Shown: positions 43,068 to 56,539, counted from the stretch's first letter. The stretch: 64,000 nt of DNA from Auanema rhodensis (GCA_964057225.1 OZ059894.1:8990001-9054000); one strand, 5' to 3'. Numbers and translations are program-made. The notes: generated from the sequence alone by a model not told the origin.

Positions 43068-43079
43068 AAGAGAGAGAGA
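43015..43079. repeat. (AG)n microsatellite
   Basis: Read directly from the sequence. Confidence 0.95.
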
Positions 43080-43958
43080 AAAAGGGAAAGAGAAAGAGAA
43101 AGACGAGATTTGAAATTATATGCTTTGTAATTCTATTCTTACTTGTACGAAACATAACATTATTTTTCCAGTAATTTCAATAAATCGATGAACACCTTTG
43201 AGAAAAGTATTAGCAGTAGCAGTAGCAGTAGCAGCAGAAGTAATAGTAGTAGTAGTATATTCAAAGTACGGATTTTTAGTATCATATGAAATATTTTGAT
43301 AATCTTTATTTAATATTTTTATTAATTACATATAAAATTACAATACTATACATTATATTGCTAGTTAAAAGATAATTATTAAAAATAATTTTAAAGAGAA
43401 ACAGAGAGAAATGAGAGATTTTTGATAAATTGTGAGATGAAGTAGTACGTAATATGAATAATTATTTATATAAATTATGCTTTGTTGATTATATAAACTT
43501 AAAATAAAAGACAAAACAAAAAGAGAAAACATTTCAGATAAAAGCACTGGGAAGAAGAAGCTATGAGCACTACGGATTTTGGACAAATCAGAATTAACCG
43601 GAAAACCACCATCATCATCACCATCATTATCATCATCATCGGTATCTTATGTGGAAGTAAATAGGAAAGGAAAAAGAAAAAAGAATTAGATTAATGAAAA
43701 TGATTTTGAAGACTTGAAGATATAATAAGATTTTCATCTAATCATTACTAACACAAAGTATTTTGTTGTTGTTTTTTAGTTTTACTTTGTAATATGACAA
43801 TGAGAGAAATATTGATGACTATGAACTATTTTTATCAAAAACTAGAAAATCATTCAGTTCTCATGGAGATAAAATGATTATAAGGAATAATAAATAGATA
43901 ATAGTAATGGCACACACAGACAGGTATGTTAAGGTATAGAGTTCTAGAGTAGAGAGAC

Positions 43959-43961
<3 letters not shown>

Positions 43962-44016
<55 letters not shown>
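43962..44016. repeat. (AG)n microsatellite, just 3' of the bnc-1 stop
   Basis: Read directly from the sequence. Confidence 0.95.
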
Positions 44017-44134
44017 CAAAGATAAACAATTACAATATAAGGTATACCAGTATGGAAAATAAAGAGAAAACTATCTTGCATTCGATTAAGAATTTCAATT
44101 TTTCTCTTCAAGACATATATAAGATGATTTAAAC

Positions 44135-45682
44135 CTAAGAAATACCATTCGAGCTCTGAAAATAAAAAATTAAGAAATAGATTCAAACCAACTTATTGCA
44201 AATTGTGTATTGAATAAAAGATTTCGCTAATACCTGAGCTTGAACAAGTTGTTGAAGCAACATCAGTTGCAAATCTGTTGTTGGAAATAGAAGTTTGCTA
44301 GCTATTGGATTATCCGATCTATAAACAAAATTATTTTTAAAAATTGGAATTGACTAAATCTATATGATAATACCTCCTCCAGTTCAAATCTAGACCTTTG
44401 AGATCAATGGGATCTGCTCGTCGTTTGCCTAAGATTGACGATGACGTTGGACTTTTTTGTTCCGAAAGAGAGTCACATCGAGATGAATCACTGTTACATT
44501 GCTCAGATTCAGCCTGTTCTTCTGCTGCTTTTGTTTCTTGCTGCTTCAGCTGATGTTGTTGACTAGCCAACAGAGCATTAGATAGCATAGCACTTGGACT
44601 CATATCAGCCTAGGTTGAAATATTAAGCTGAGAGTTGCGAAAAAAAGCTTACCATTCTCAAAGGTCCTAAATGACTGCGAAAAGCAGCTTGTGCAGTTAC
44701 AGCTTGGTTTGTTTCTGGCATGTGTAACTTGGGGTTTGTATTAGAGGCATGTCGATTTCGGCTACGACGACTACTGAACTCTTTTCCGCATCCGGGAACA
44801 GTACACATGTGCATTTCTTTGAGATGTACAGCGCTAGTATGAATCTTGAGTGCTCCTTTGTCACAAAACGATTTCTTACACAAATCACATGAAACTCGTT
44901 TTTTGGCTTTCAGCTCAGTGACTGATGAATCCTGAAATTAGAAAATAATTTTTTGAACCGTTATCTTCAAATACCTCATTAGATGGTAAAGATAATGCGT
45001 GACTCGCTTCTGTTGGCGCAGGAGATGGTGAATCGACAACGTTGACCTTTTCTTCAGAATCATCTTCTGATAATTCAGTGACAGAAGCAGAGCTATCCTT
45101 TCTAGCCGTTCTAGCTAAAGTTGATGCGAAGTTGGAATGATTAGCTGATGACGTTCCCGTATTAGTGGAATTAGCCATCATTTGGCTGAGCAAAGATTGA
45201 TTTAGATTCGAATATGGTGATGCTAAAACAATGAATATTAGCTATTAGCTTGTGTAATATATGCTCTTACCTGAAAGAATTGTGGCAACTGAAGCTAAAG
45301 ACGATTGCATAGGTATCGGCAGCCATGGATTCAAAAATCCTGCACGTAGATTATTCAGAAGAGGTGAGCACAACGGAAAGGTGGAGAAACGATCCATGAC
45401 TTTCCACTCGTCCACGATACTCCAATATGTTCGATGGGAGCCGTCCGCGTTCTATAAGAATGTCAAATAAGAAGAAAATACAATTTTAGAGAACAATAAT
45501 TGAAAATCGAAACGAAATTGACAAAAGGCGTTTCAGATTACTGTATGGAGTACGGTTATGCAAAAACTCGAAATCTCTTCTGCTGGTATGCAGCTTACTA
45601 AACAGTCGTAGAGCTGTCAAAAAGCAAATGACGGATGTATCTCTCGTCACAGCCATTCATCGTTCACCAACGACGTGTTCAT
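44135..45682 (-). CDS. bnc-1: Basonuclin/disconnected-family C2H2 zinc-finger transcription factor (5' end uncertain)
   Basis: Paired fingers [60 protein letters not shown] carry the disco/basonuclin signature. Exons: 45682-45668(?), 45613-45542 ([14 protein letters not shown] resembles basonuclin LLDRLFSVLKQEEV), 45451-45271, 45222-44975, 44931-44653, 44609-44374, 44318-44234, 44155-44135. Confidence 0.88.
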
Positions 45683-48600
45683 TCTTCTTCGGAAAGGGCG
45701 AAGACGTGGTGACCCAGAGGGATGTGACTGCTATTCCCAGTCTCCGGGGATGAATGACGATGTGTCTGCCGTCTTGTTGCTTTAACACCGAAGCGAGAAA
45801 GAAGTTGAAACAGGCACAAAAGACGGATTTGAAAGTGAAAGACAATAGAAACGAAAGAGAAGAAATATGACAGCGACAAGTCGATGAAAGCTAGACGATG
45901 ATGTTGATGAAGATGATGTGGTAACAACCACCAGAAAAATTCGTCCCTTTGGAGCATGTAAGAATGAGAATAGAACAAGCTTGTGCTCAAGTTTGAAAAA
46001 GAAGAGCATTATTACAATCATTAAGCACAAAAATAGAAGATACTATAAGTAAAAATAAAGTTAAGCATAGTATATACGAACCAAATTTGATAAAGAAGAT
46101 TGATATAGATTCTAATTAACTTGGGGCGCCATATGATGATGAATGAAAGATTGTTACAGAAATGACAATCAGTCTGCACTGAAGTGAACAAAGTTATTTC
46201 AACAAGTTTGGGACATATATTCTAATGAACTACACGTGGTAATTAAGCTCAAACTATAAACAAGTTTAATATGCTAATGAGCTGTAACTGTCAAAAACAA
46301 TTCGCTTATTCATTAAGTAGATCAGAAATGTGATATCTATAAATAAGTTAAAAGGAAAATTATTCAATGAAATGTATGAGAAACCTAAAAAAAGTTTTGT
46401 AATAAAGTATTGCCGTCCGACACCATACAGTAGGCGACTATATGCATGTCAGAAATTTTGTGAAAAAGTTGAGAAAAAACGAAAAAAATGAAAAAAGTAA
46501 TAAGTTAGATGACTTTGAACATGGCGACACTTTTTGAAGACAAAAAATACCTGGGAGACTAATGGAAAAGTAATGTTTGATGTAGGCAAAAAGTGATGTC
46601 AAATGAAATGCTCTTGCTGCGGTTACACGTGGATTTTTTATTTTGAAATTGATCTCAGAAATCCTGTTCAGCATTCAGAATCATATTGAACCTTATGGTG
46701 GTTGGCCCGCTCTAGATGAGATGGAAGAGTTGCAAATGTGAAAATGAAATCGAGATGAGAAGTGAGATGGCATGAATGTGTGAAGGATACTTGTCTCATT
46801 TTTAGAAAGCCTGTTGTTGGACATTGGATAATTAATGTTCAGCGAATAAGGAATAGCCTCTCGTTTTTGAGTTTCTAAAATGATAAATGACCATATGGCT
46901 GTAAGCACTGGTAGTCGGCATCTGTCTGAGTGAAGGCAGAGGCGTAGAAGGAGGAGATAGTGCTATATGGATGAAGACTCACTTTTCACATTTGAACTGT
47001 TCTTACTGAATGTTAGTATCATGAAGTATGTGATTTGTGAGAAATGAGCAGATTTGTGCTCATTTTGAGCACATTTTGGCACTTTCTTTGATTTTTTGCT
47101 TTTTAAAAACCAAACATGTTATCAAAATGAAGAAGAAGAAGTTATTGAAACGCCATGAAAAGTGTAGAAATATTAGCGACTGTGATCATGTGAACAGAAA
47201 AAAAAGGGAAAAAAAGGAAGAAAGGAGGGGCAACTAGGAAAAGTGTGAGAGCCAAGGTGGCCAAAAGACAAAAAGATTTGGTCAATGAAATGGATGAGCA
47301 ATACGAATAATGGTAGGATAACAGTAGGAGGATCCGGATTGAATACTCTAAACAATGACTAGAAGGTATACCTTGAAGAGCTAAGTTCATCTGCACAGGT
47401 GAGCTTTGTTTGGACACAATAAACAACGGAACAAATCTTCAAAAATGCCATGGTGAGAGAAGTTTAAATGAATTGAATAATGGATTGTGATGAATGATTA
47501 AGATGTTTGATATTGTTTGATGAATAGACAATATCATATCATTGATTTACGAAATGAATATGAGTTTGTGAAGAGGATGACCAAACGACACAGTTAGGCA
47601 GCATGGCGACGTCCGAAGGAAATGCTACTGTGAGGAGTAGGGATGAATAGCCTGTACGTCTGTCACGGATGACGTTGAATTGTCTCAAGAACAAAAAGGA
47701 ATGCACACGATGTAGGTTGGAAATGAAGAAAAAACTTTTTTGGAAACAAAAGGCAAACAAAGTGATTTTGATGAGACAATATGTAGGAGTTTGGAACAAC
47801 AGTACTATCATAAAGTATACTGAAATTGGACAAAAAACTGAAATAAAAAAGAAAATGAGATACAAATTTGTTTATCTGAAACTAAACTTTCTTTGAAATC
47901 AACAGCAAGATATGTAAAAATGATCTGCTTAAACGTGAAAGAACTTCAAAAACTTTTTGTTTTATTCGGATTTAAAATCAGGAAATGCTGTGTAGAAGCG
48001 TTCATATTATCGCTACAGATGTTCATCTTGAAGACAATCGTCAATTTCTAAAAAGCCTAATTGAGTGTCGGACCGCCAGGAGTTTTGTGTTTCTGGACCA
48101 ACATGTGTCTCTCATCAGTGGTTTCTAATTGTTATGTCAAGAGTACAGCAAGAAATAAGAGAATCAGATATGCTTCAGTCGTTTCGAAGATGTTCCAGTG
48201 AGCAAATCGAGAAATATTAGTTTTTGAAATAGACAAGAAGTCAACCACAAGTCATAGTATAATTGATTTTTTGGTTATGATAAGTTCAATATTTGAAGAA
48301 AAGACATAGTTAAAGCTGAAGTGAATGAATTATTAGAAAGAGATTAATAGAAAAGTTTGATGGTTAAAACCTTAGTTAGAAGATATATTTAAAACTCTAA
48401 AAATATTCGAAAAACTACAACGAATCGGGTTAGTTGACTTATGACACGACGACGTCGATGACAGAGACATGAGGACTATCAGGCGCTTCATGTTCAGACA
48501 CGCCTCCCTCTGGAGCTACAGTAATCCAAAGAAGGCAAACGACATGTGTATTGCTGTCTATGAAAGTGAGTGAGAGAGAATCAAGAAATCGGGGCACAAT

Positions 48601-50558
48601 CGGGAGCAGAAGAGAACATAAGTGAGAATATGGAAGAAACCAGTTAAAGTTTTCAAATGGTGATTTAGTTTCGAACATAAATAAGTCTTTCAACCGATCG
48701 GACGAAAGCATGTGTTGATCCAAATCTGTGAAAGCTTGCCTAACAAGTACAAACAAATGTGAATAATTGAGCCATATATCTAACATCAATTACCTGCATA
48801 TACAGTAGTGAGTGTCAGAAGCTTCTAATAGTTCCGGCTCAAGTACTATTGGTATAGCTTTTATCTTGACAAGAGACTTCACTTTGGAATATATGATACG
48901 GCGATAAAATAGATTTCGGGTAAGTACAAAGTGAATTTTCTATTCAGAATCACTTCATGAATCGTTTTCAATTTCCGTAGCAGAGGGGTATAGCTAATAT
49001 TCCTGACAAGAATTCAGTCTTGATCTAGATAAATGGTATTCTAAATTTCTTTCTTATCTCGACAAGCCGAAATGACGTCGATCAGAAGAACAAGACCTCA
49101 CATTTCCTTTAGGCTTTTTTTGATGGCAATTAATGGTTTTTAAGATGAATGAACAACTATGCTCTACACCGGAATATTGAAGAGACGATGTGTAAGTCGG
49201 ATACTCAAAAACCAACAAACGAGCTTGCACCACATCTGTCACACGTAACAGCCTGAATATGCAAATAAGCTGCCATGTGTGAGCATAATGCATGACGACA
49301 ACAGTTGAGACTGTCAAGTAGATACCGAAGATTTGGATTGAAATACTTCAGATTTATCAGATTGTCGAGCGATTTCATGAATCTTCGACTATTGTCTGGT
49401 CACATTTTTCATGTCAAAGAGCAAGTTGCGATTATTCCTGATGACAGATTTCTCTAAAATTTTCACAAAAATATTTTGAAAAAAAAATGTTTTCGTTTCC
49501 CAAAATGATCGTTTGTGATTGCACAACTCTTGTCAACCCTCTATTCTCAGTCAGAGTTTTTGGTATTCAGCTGTTCGCGAGATGTAATTCAGAAGGCGAA
49601 GTGAAGACAAAGTTTGACGATATGCCTTTGAGAGAGATGGAATGAGAGAGAAACTGACGTCCCAAATCCCAGTTGCATATCGTGAGACTGCCATCCGTCA
49701 GCGGGTCGTTCCCGCATTAATCGTGTCGCTCTTGCTGATCATGTCGCCACCTCCTGCTCCCCAAGGACTTGTGATCTCTACAAAGGCCCCTGAGGCTTAC
49801 AGAGAGTATGAACGATATAGAGATAAAGAGGGTTAAAAGATGAGAGGACTAGGAAGAAAAAGCGTGAAAGCAAAGAAATTAAAAGAGAAAAAGAGATATG
49901 AGCAAAAGACTTGGACACTACAGCATCTATTAGACGACTCAGCATCATCGACTTTCGGCAAGCATCCGGGGGGCGATAACGGGGTGATGACACTCCAAAA
50001 CAATGTCTTGTCAACACAAGGAAGATTTTAAAATGTTGAATAGCAGCAGCAAGCTACAAGATGTGTTTGAACATATTCAAAAAATGTGAAATATAAAGCA
50101 AATGCTGCTACAATGATATCTCATAAACTTGAAAAACTAAGCCATACTAGAAATAAACATTTAAACATTTAAACTGAATACTCGTTATGCTAAGTATGTC
50201 TGTTTTTGTCTATCTTTTTGTATCACGTGAAACATAATTTGAATAAACGTGGGAATACTTATACTTATATCATTTTCAACTTCAAACAGCTATCTGATCG
50301 GTTGCATTTTGCTTCATCGAGTGTGATATTCTAGTTTAGTTTCAACAAAAAAATGCAGAAAGACAAAAAAAAGCTTGAAAACTAACAAGCAATTGGTATC
50401 CTCGCCTAAGATCTTCTAAAGTCCAGCCTGCACTTGTAACTATTTTTTGAACTTGAGCTGTTTCTATTGTTTTGAGCATACGATCACAGAGAATTTTTAT
50501 CCGAATTGGAATAGCCTGAATGAAGAGTACATGGTTAAAGAATCAATAAAAAGTCAAT

Positions 50559-51066
50559 TCATACATTAGAGGATTTGAGGATATCTATCAAGACGTCCTC
50601 AAAGCTAACAGCGGTATCTGATGACTTATCCAATTGCTCCTGTACATATACATGATGTAGATGAAAAATAATGAAATAAATATGAACTAACCATTTGATA
50701 ATCATCATCAGTATGCACATGAGATTCAGTTGAAGTTCCTTGCACGGTGCACATCTGATATACGAAATTCCATATCAAATACAAGAAAAAATAATGTTCA
50801 TACCTTTAGGGTATTCAGCAACAACTGAGATTTCAATTGAGCCACTTTATCATGATGATCTGCTACCTTGAAGATAATACTCTTAGTCTCAAATTGGCTC
50901 GACATTCGACAACTTACTTTTGGTGGCTCTTCAACATCGTCACCTAATTTTTTCTCGTTAATTTCATTATTCTATAAAATTAGCAGTAATAACGAATTTG
51001 ATTTGTATATCTAACCCATACTACGTCAGTTCTCTTGAGATATTTCCGAAAAACTGCTTCTGTCAT
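50559..51066 (-). pseudogene. Possible small orphan gene with a reading-frame discontinuity
   Basis: Exon-like blocks bounded by short GT-AG introns give MTEAVFRKYLKRTDV.../NNEINEKKLGDDVEEPPK.../MCTVQGTSTESHVHTDDDYQM/EQLDKSSDTAVSFEDVLIDILKSSNV*. The 5' frame stops at ...KSQLC* before the last two exons. No homology recognised. Confidence 0.3.
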
Positions 51067-53884
51067 GAGTTTATAGTTCGTTCAGTTCAAAATTTTGAAT
51101 TTTCAAATAATTATATTATCTATAAAGTAAATTGCAATCGAATGCCTAAGCAACACAATACAAATTGATATTAATATGTACTAATTTTAATAAGAACTAA
51201 TCTATGAAATATAGATAAATGAAGTAGAAATAGCAAAAAAAAAGAAAAAGAAAAAGAAAAAAGGATTCATAAAAACGACGTAATGAGAAGGATTATGCTT
51301 TGAAAGCTGATGAACGTACATGACAAATGAAATTTCACAACCAATTTTTGATGAACGTATTGAGAAGGGTGAGGGGGGAAGGAAATTAAAATAATTGTCC
51401 GGTGGCATGGTGAATCCTTTTGTCAAGTCCAAAACAAGAAATCACTTCATCGAAAAGATAAATGCCATCCGGAACATGATCAATTCAGAAAAAGATGTGT
51501 CGCTGAAACTCAGGAAGAGGAACTAATTGAAATTGTCTGCCCAAACATCAGCAGGTGACACGAATTGGATATTAATTCGAAGAATTATCATATAAAGATT
51601 AAAATTATTATTTGTTTTGTTGTTACTTCAACAAAGCAATTCAGATTAGAATATGATTTTTAGAATTATAGGAGGAAATCTGGCGCATTTCGGAAATATA
51701 CAGAAGAGAAGTAATGTGATATCAACTGACTTACATAGAACGAGGCTGGGATTTGATGGTTTCACTAGGAAAAGAACCATCAAACACTTTGAAGTTAGCT
51801 TTTCAATCGGAATATCTGACCTATGGAATGTAACGATTTGTTTGTCGTGAGATAAACGAGTTTCAAGTCTGAAAACCCTGACCGTTTGTCGTGTCGTCGT
51901 CCCGACGCGAGGGCTCCATTCGTCACCGGACCACGGACGGCGACAGTTGGCCCAAAGACCCGCGACCAGATCGAGAGGGGAAAGAAGTTCTTTCTTGTTC
52001 TCTCATACTCTCTTCAAATCATTCATTTGCCTCATTCAATCTACTTGGATCTTGAAAGAGATGGTTGTGGTGAAAATTGAAAGATTGAAGAAATAGATTC
52101 AAAAGCTCATCGAAGAATCGTAAGAGAGAAAGTGAGAAAACGAGAGAAAGCGGAAAGGAAGTAGAAAGAGAGACGATCAAAGCACGCACCGAGGTTAAAA
52201 TACTCTCCCCTGTTTTAACATTGAAAATGAGCAATGTTTTGAACTACCAGCTACTTATGTTTCCTCAAGCTACAAGTCTTCTTCTTATTCGATAAAAACT
52301 GAATGAAAACGAAAGAATATTGGGAACTATATCACACTTAACTATAGTACTCGTTGATTTATGACCCGACGAGCTTTTGGTCATTTTTTAATTTCGTGGA
52401 TTCAGTTCGAATAATTGTTCAGATCGAGCTTTTTCCACCACGTTTGGTTTGAATGATGAAGAGCTGAGAGAAGTTGTTTTCAAACTTTGCTTGAAACAAG
52501 CAGAACGTTAGCAAGGCCAGGGTAGTTCAATCATCCTCAGCACTTGCTAATTGAGCAGCAAAACATGTTCACTTACTAGACAAACGAAAAGTTTTCTTCA
52601 ACTTTAACATACTTTCATATAATAATATATCTAATCTCAAACATGTTTGATGTTGAATTGAAAATGAACAAATTCTCCAAAGAATTCAAGTTGCGAATAA
52701 GTTGGCCACCCTCATTTATCAATTTACCTTCCAACATTACAATGTGACGAGCTGTTGGTGACAAAAGCGCGGCGACACAATCATACAGCAGAGTTTTCTG
52801 TCCTCGTTATCCCCAGGGCAATTTCTTTATCGCTCTCTCTCTCTCTTTTTTTCATTCAAAATTAAAATTGCAAACAATCTTGTTCTATTAACAGGGAAAA
52901 GCTGTAATTATAGGTATTCTACATAAAAATGGAATAATATTGACGTTAAATATATGCCGTAAACGTCATTTAACATAATTAAATTAGCATAAAACCCACG
53001 GGAAAATTTTACGTGAAATTTTTCAAACATTTAATATTTTATCGATGTAGCAAACGGTTGTTACTTTAACTACTTTGGTTGTTACTATATTGAGATGTGT
53101 TTCAAGCATTAAGCTTAAGTGACGAAAGTGAAAGATAGATAGCGATAGCACATATACAACAAACATGACATCCATCTTTCATGAAGTCTTCCTTCTCTTT
53201 TATGTCTTTTCACTCATTCTGTATTGATAAGAGGATAGAAAAAAGAAGAAATTGTGAAAATGAACAAGATGTCGACATCAGTTGTGAATTAGAGATAACA
53301 CTAAAATCTGATAGTTGTTCATTCACTACTGATTTTATCTAAACTTAACAGCAAAAATAATGTAATTGGCTCATAATACTCGGAAACAAATAAGTAAAAT
53401 ATATCAGATTTTATTCATCATTTAAAATTTTGAAGTTAAAAAAGCAGTTTTTGTCGGAATTCTTTCAAAACATAAAAACAATAATAATAGTACGTGAGTC
53501 ACTTCTGAAATCAAACTTTGTTCAAACGTTATACTCACACGAGATTTAAAAGATACTTTACTCGTCTCGTGCTTGACCATGTGGCTGCCATCTGTAAGCT
53601 TTTCAACTGTCTGCACATAATTAACTCGAATATATCTAGCCAGTTTTCAATTTTTTCTTCACATTTCATTTTCTGTCACATTTATTGAAGGAATATAAGC
53701 TACACCTATCAGTACTGGAGTACTATATCAATAGTGAATATTAGCCCCGCCCACTTTGCCAAATGCTGCATGGTTATATAACTACGAGTTTTGCATGAAA
53801 AAAACATTTCATAACATGTTTTTATACCAACTTAGCGTAATTATTAAAATTTCCTTAGTTTGAGACGTTCCTACTTTTCTAAGC

Positions 53885-54728
53885 ATGACTTTTCCTGTGT
53901 TGCCTAGACCGAATGATGCCTATAAAAAAGGCGATATACCCTTCTTTGTTAAGGTAGGTACATTTTGCATTGTAAATTGACATGTTAGTATAATTTTTTT
54001 AAACATTCATTGTAAGTTCAAATTAATTTTCCTAGAAGCGTTTTCTATCAACTTTGTTTTATTCAATACTTAGGTGTCTAAGATGATCATCAAAGAATTG
54101 CCAAATGCATGTTATCGTAAACTGGTAGGCCCCAATGTCCAGTCATGGTCTACTTTAATGAAATGTACTGAAGAAGAAGTACAACTTTTGGCTAGTTTTT
54201 ATTAAAGTTATTAAGTTATAATATATTTAATTCTAGATAAGCATCTTAATATCCTTTTGGACGTATGTTGCTTTCTATAAAATCAGGGGTGATTCTATGA
54301 GGGAGATTTTAAATGAAGTAAATAATTTCCTATCTCTATATAATTTATATTCGTTTGATTTTCAGACTTTTTTAAGTAAAGAATTAACTCAAGCTGTAGC
54401 AGATATGTGGGAAAAAGAACGACTCGCTTGCATTCGTCGTTTAGGTAAAATGACTTTGACTGATGATCCAATTATTGAAGATGTTGAAATAGTTACTGAA
54501 ACGGAAGTAGCAAAGTGAGTAATTTTATCTTAAAATTTTTGTAATTGAACTGATCCTTATAGTGATTATTCAAAAAATCAAAATATACCTAAAGCAACAC
54601 TTAAACTTACAACGACTATTGGACCACATTCGGTTAGCATGTCTAGATCTGAAGCTACTACTTTGTTTCTGGAGATTGACCGTATTCAGCAAGTACTAGA
54701 CAAATATTTAGTTAAATCTGATGATTGA
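53885..54728 (+). CDS. COMM-domain protein, COMMD10-like (about 180 aa)
   Basis: Five exons in frame. The C-terminal half AVADMWEKERLACIRRLGKMTL...IIEDVEI...IPKATLKL...SVSMSRSEATTLFLEIDRIQQVLD follows the COMMD10 pattern (W...P.A.L.L...LE.IQ..LD) as recalled. Confidence 0.65.
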
Positions 54729-54757
54729 ATAATTGCTTTAATGTGAGTGATGTATTA

Positions 54758-56539
54758 TTAATTTCTATTCATAAACCATTCTATCATATAAAGTACAGCT
54801 GGTGGTGAAATAGCATCAGGTTGACATAGGAGAGAAAATATATCTTCTTTACCAATTGATACCTAAAATTTTCTGTAAGTTAATTACAAAATAGTTCACT
54901 TACTGGTTTAATATCGTCGTGATGTTCGAATGTTGGTAACTTATCAGCGTTAGTAACTTCAGCATAGTAGATGGTTTGACGTTCACCACTCTGCGATATT
55001 CCCATTCTAAAGAGAAATGTATGTGATATAGTATTGCGAGAGTTGAAACAAACGCAAACGAAGTGACATATTCAAGGGAGCTAGTCTTATATCCTAATTT
55101 CTTTTCGATCGCTTCTTTGACCTAAAATTTACAATATTTTCAGAATAAAGGAATCAGATCTGTTTACCTTTTCGTCACTATTTTCATGAGGCTGTAAATG
55201 TGTTGTACACATTTCCACGGTATAAGCCAATTCAGGATCATGAATTGTCCAGTCAATATCTCCTAATTCTTTTTCACAATTTTCTGATCTGAGCAATGTT
55301 CTTCCTATTATCACAGCTGAAACGGACGACTGCTTTTACTACGAATTCAGAAAAGATATACCTGGTCGGAAACGTTGAAGCAACAAAACGGTTTTCATAT
55401 CTCGGTTGTACACCAAAGCAGCAACGCCATCTTCACAACAAGCAAGATCCCACAACCGTTTTTTATTATTCTGAGAAGATTAATTGTTTCTGCAGAATAA
55501 TAATGCTCAAACCAATGTGAAGATCATGCGAATCGGATGATAGCGATTAGATTTGTGGTTCTTTTTGAATTTGAAATTTTTAATTGTATGATGTATTTCA
55601 GGCTTCCAAATAATTGATGGAGTCTTCTGAAATGAAGAAGTCCGAACGATAAAAATAACTACAAAATGACCTTTTTAACTATTCTATCGTTCTCGAACCA
55701 CCATAGAAAAGCGAAAAATACTCCCGGGGGACCATTACTGTCTCGATGTTTCACATATTGATGTGCTTCATCCACAGATAAAAATACCTAGATTCGAAGA
55801 GTTAATTGAACCTGCAACAGACTTTCAAACTTACATTGGTTATAGATTCACCTTCTTCTTCATTTCCTCCGCCAGAACTTATTTTCATTCCCTCGTTAAT
55901 TTCAGCATAAAATAAATGTTGAATGGATCCTGACTCATCGGCATCAATTCTAGAAATTAACAGAAATCATGCAAAACCTGAACGGCTAAATACGAGTATT
56001 TTCCTAGAAGTTGCATGTTCTCTATTGGGATAGAATAACCACATTCCTCTTCGACTTCTTCCTTAGCAATTTCAACTAATGGCAATTTCTGAAATAGTTG
56101 ATCTACTAATATCAAAAGCTCATCCATACTTTGTCTACAAGTCCTCCGCATAATTCCAATGTATAGCCGATTTCCGTGTCATATTTGGACCAATCAATCT
56201 CTTCTAATTTTTTCCCAATATTTTCAGGAAGCCTTCTCACTCTTCCTACGAAAACGGCTGTAAAAATGTTCAGTTCAGATAAATTTTGAAAACTTCAAAC
56301 CTGGCCGGAACTGCCTTACTACAAGAAATTTCTCAAACTCAGTGTGATATAATAAAGTTATAACACTACTATGTGAAAGAGCCAAATCAAATTTTCTTTC
56401 CAATCCATCCTTTAAAAATCAATAAATTTTAGTATATTTTGAGGAGGAAACATACTTGGTCAAACGATAATTCAACGGGTTTCATGAATCGTGATTCAAA
56501 TTCTTGAACAAATGAAACATTTTCAAGATATTCTTTCAT
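54758..56539 (-). CDS. NUDT14-like (UDP-glucose/ADP-ribose pyrophosphatase) Nudix hydrolase with two tandem domains
   Basis: Domain 1: VVRQFRPAVF...GYTLELCGGLVDKKLPLVEIAKEEVEEECGY...SGSIQHLFYAEI...GGGNEEEGESI...FAFLWWF. Domain 2: LLQRFRPAVI...AYTVEMC...SGERQTIYYAEV...YMIEWF. Both follow the NUDT14/NudK pattern. Confidence 0.85.

Noticed and set aside
48439-48789. 116-aa minus-strand ORF as a possible upstream bnc-1 exon
   Set aside because: No convincing basonuclin motifs and no consistent splice phase.
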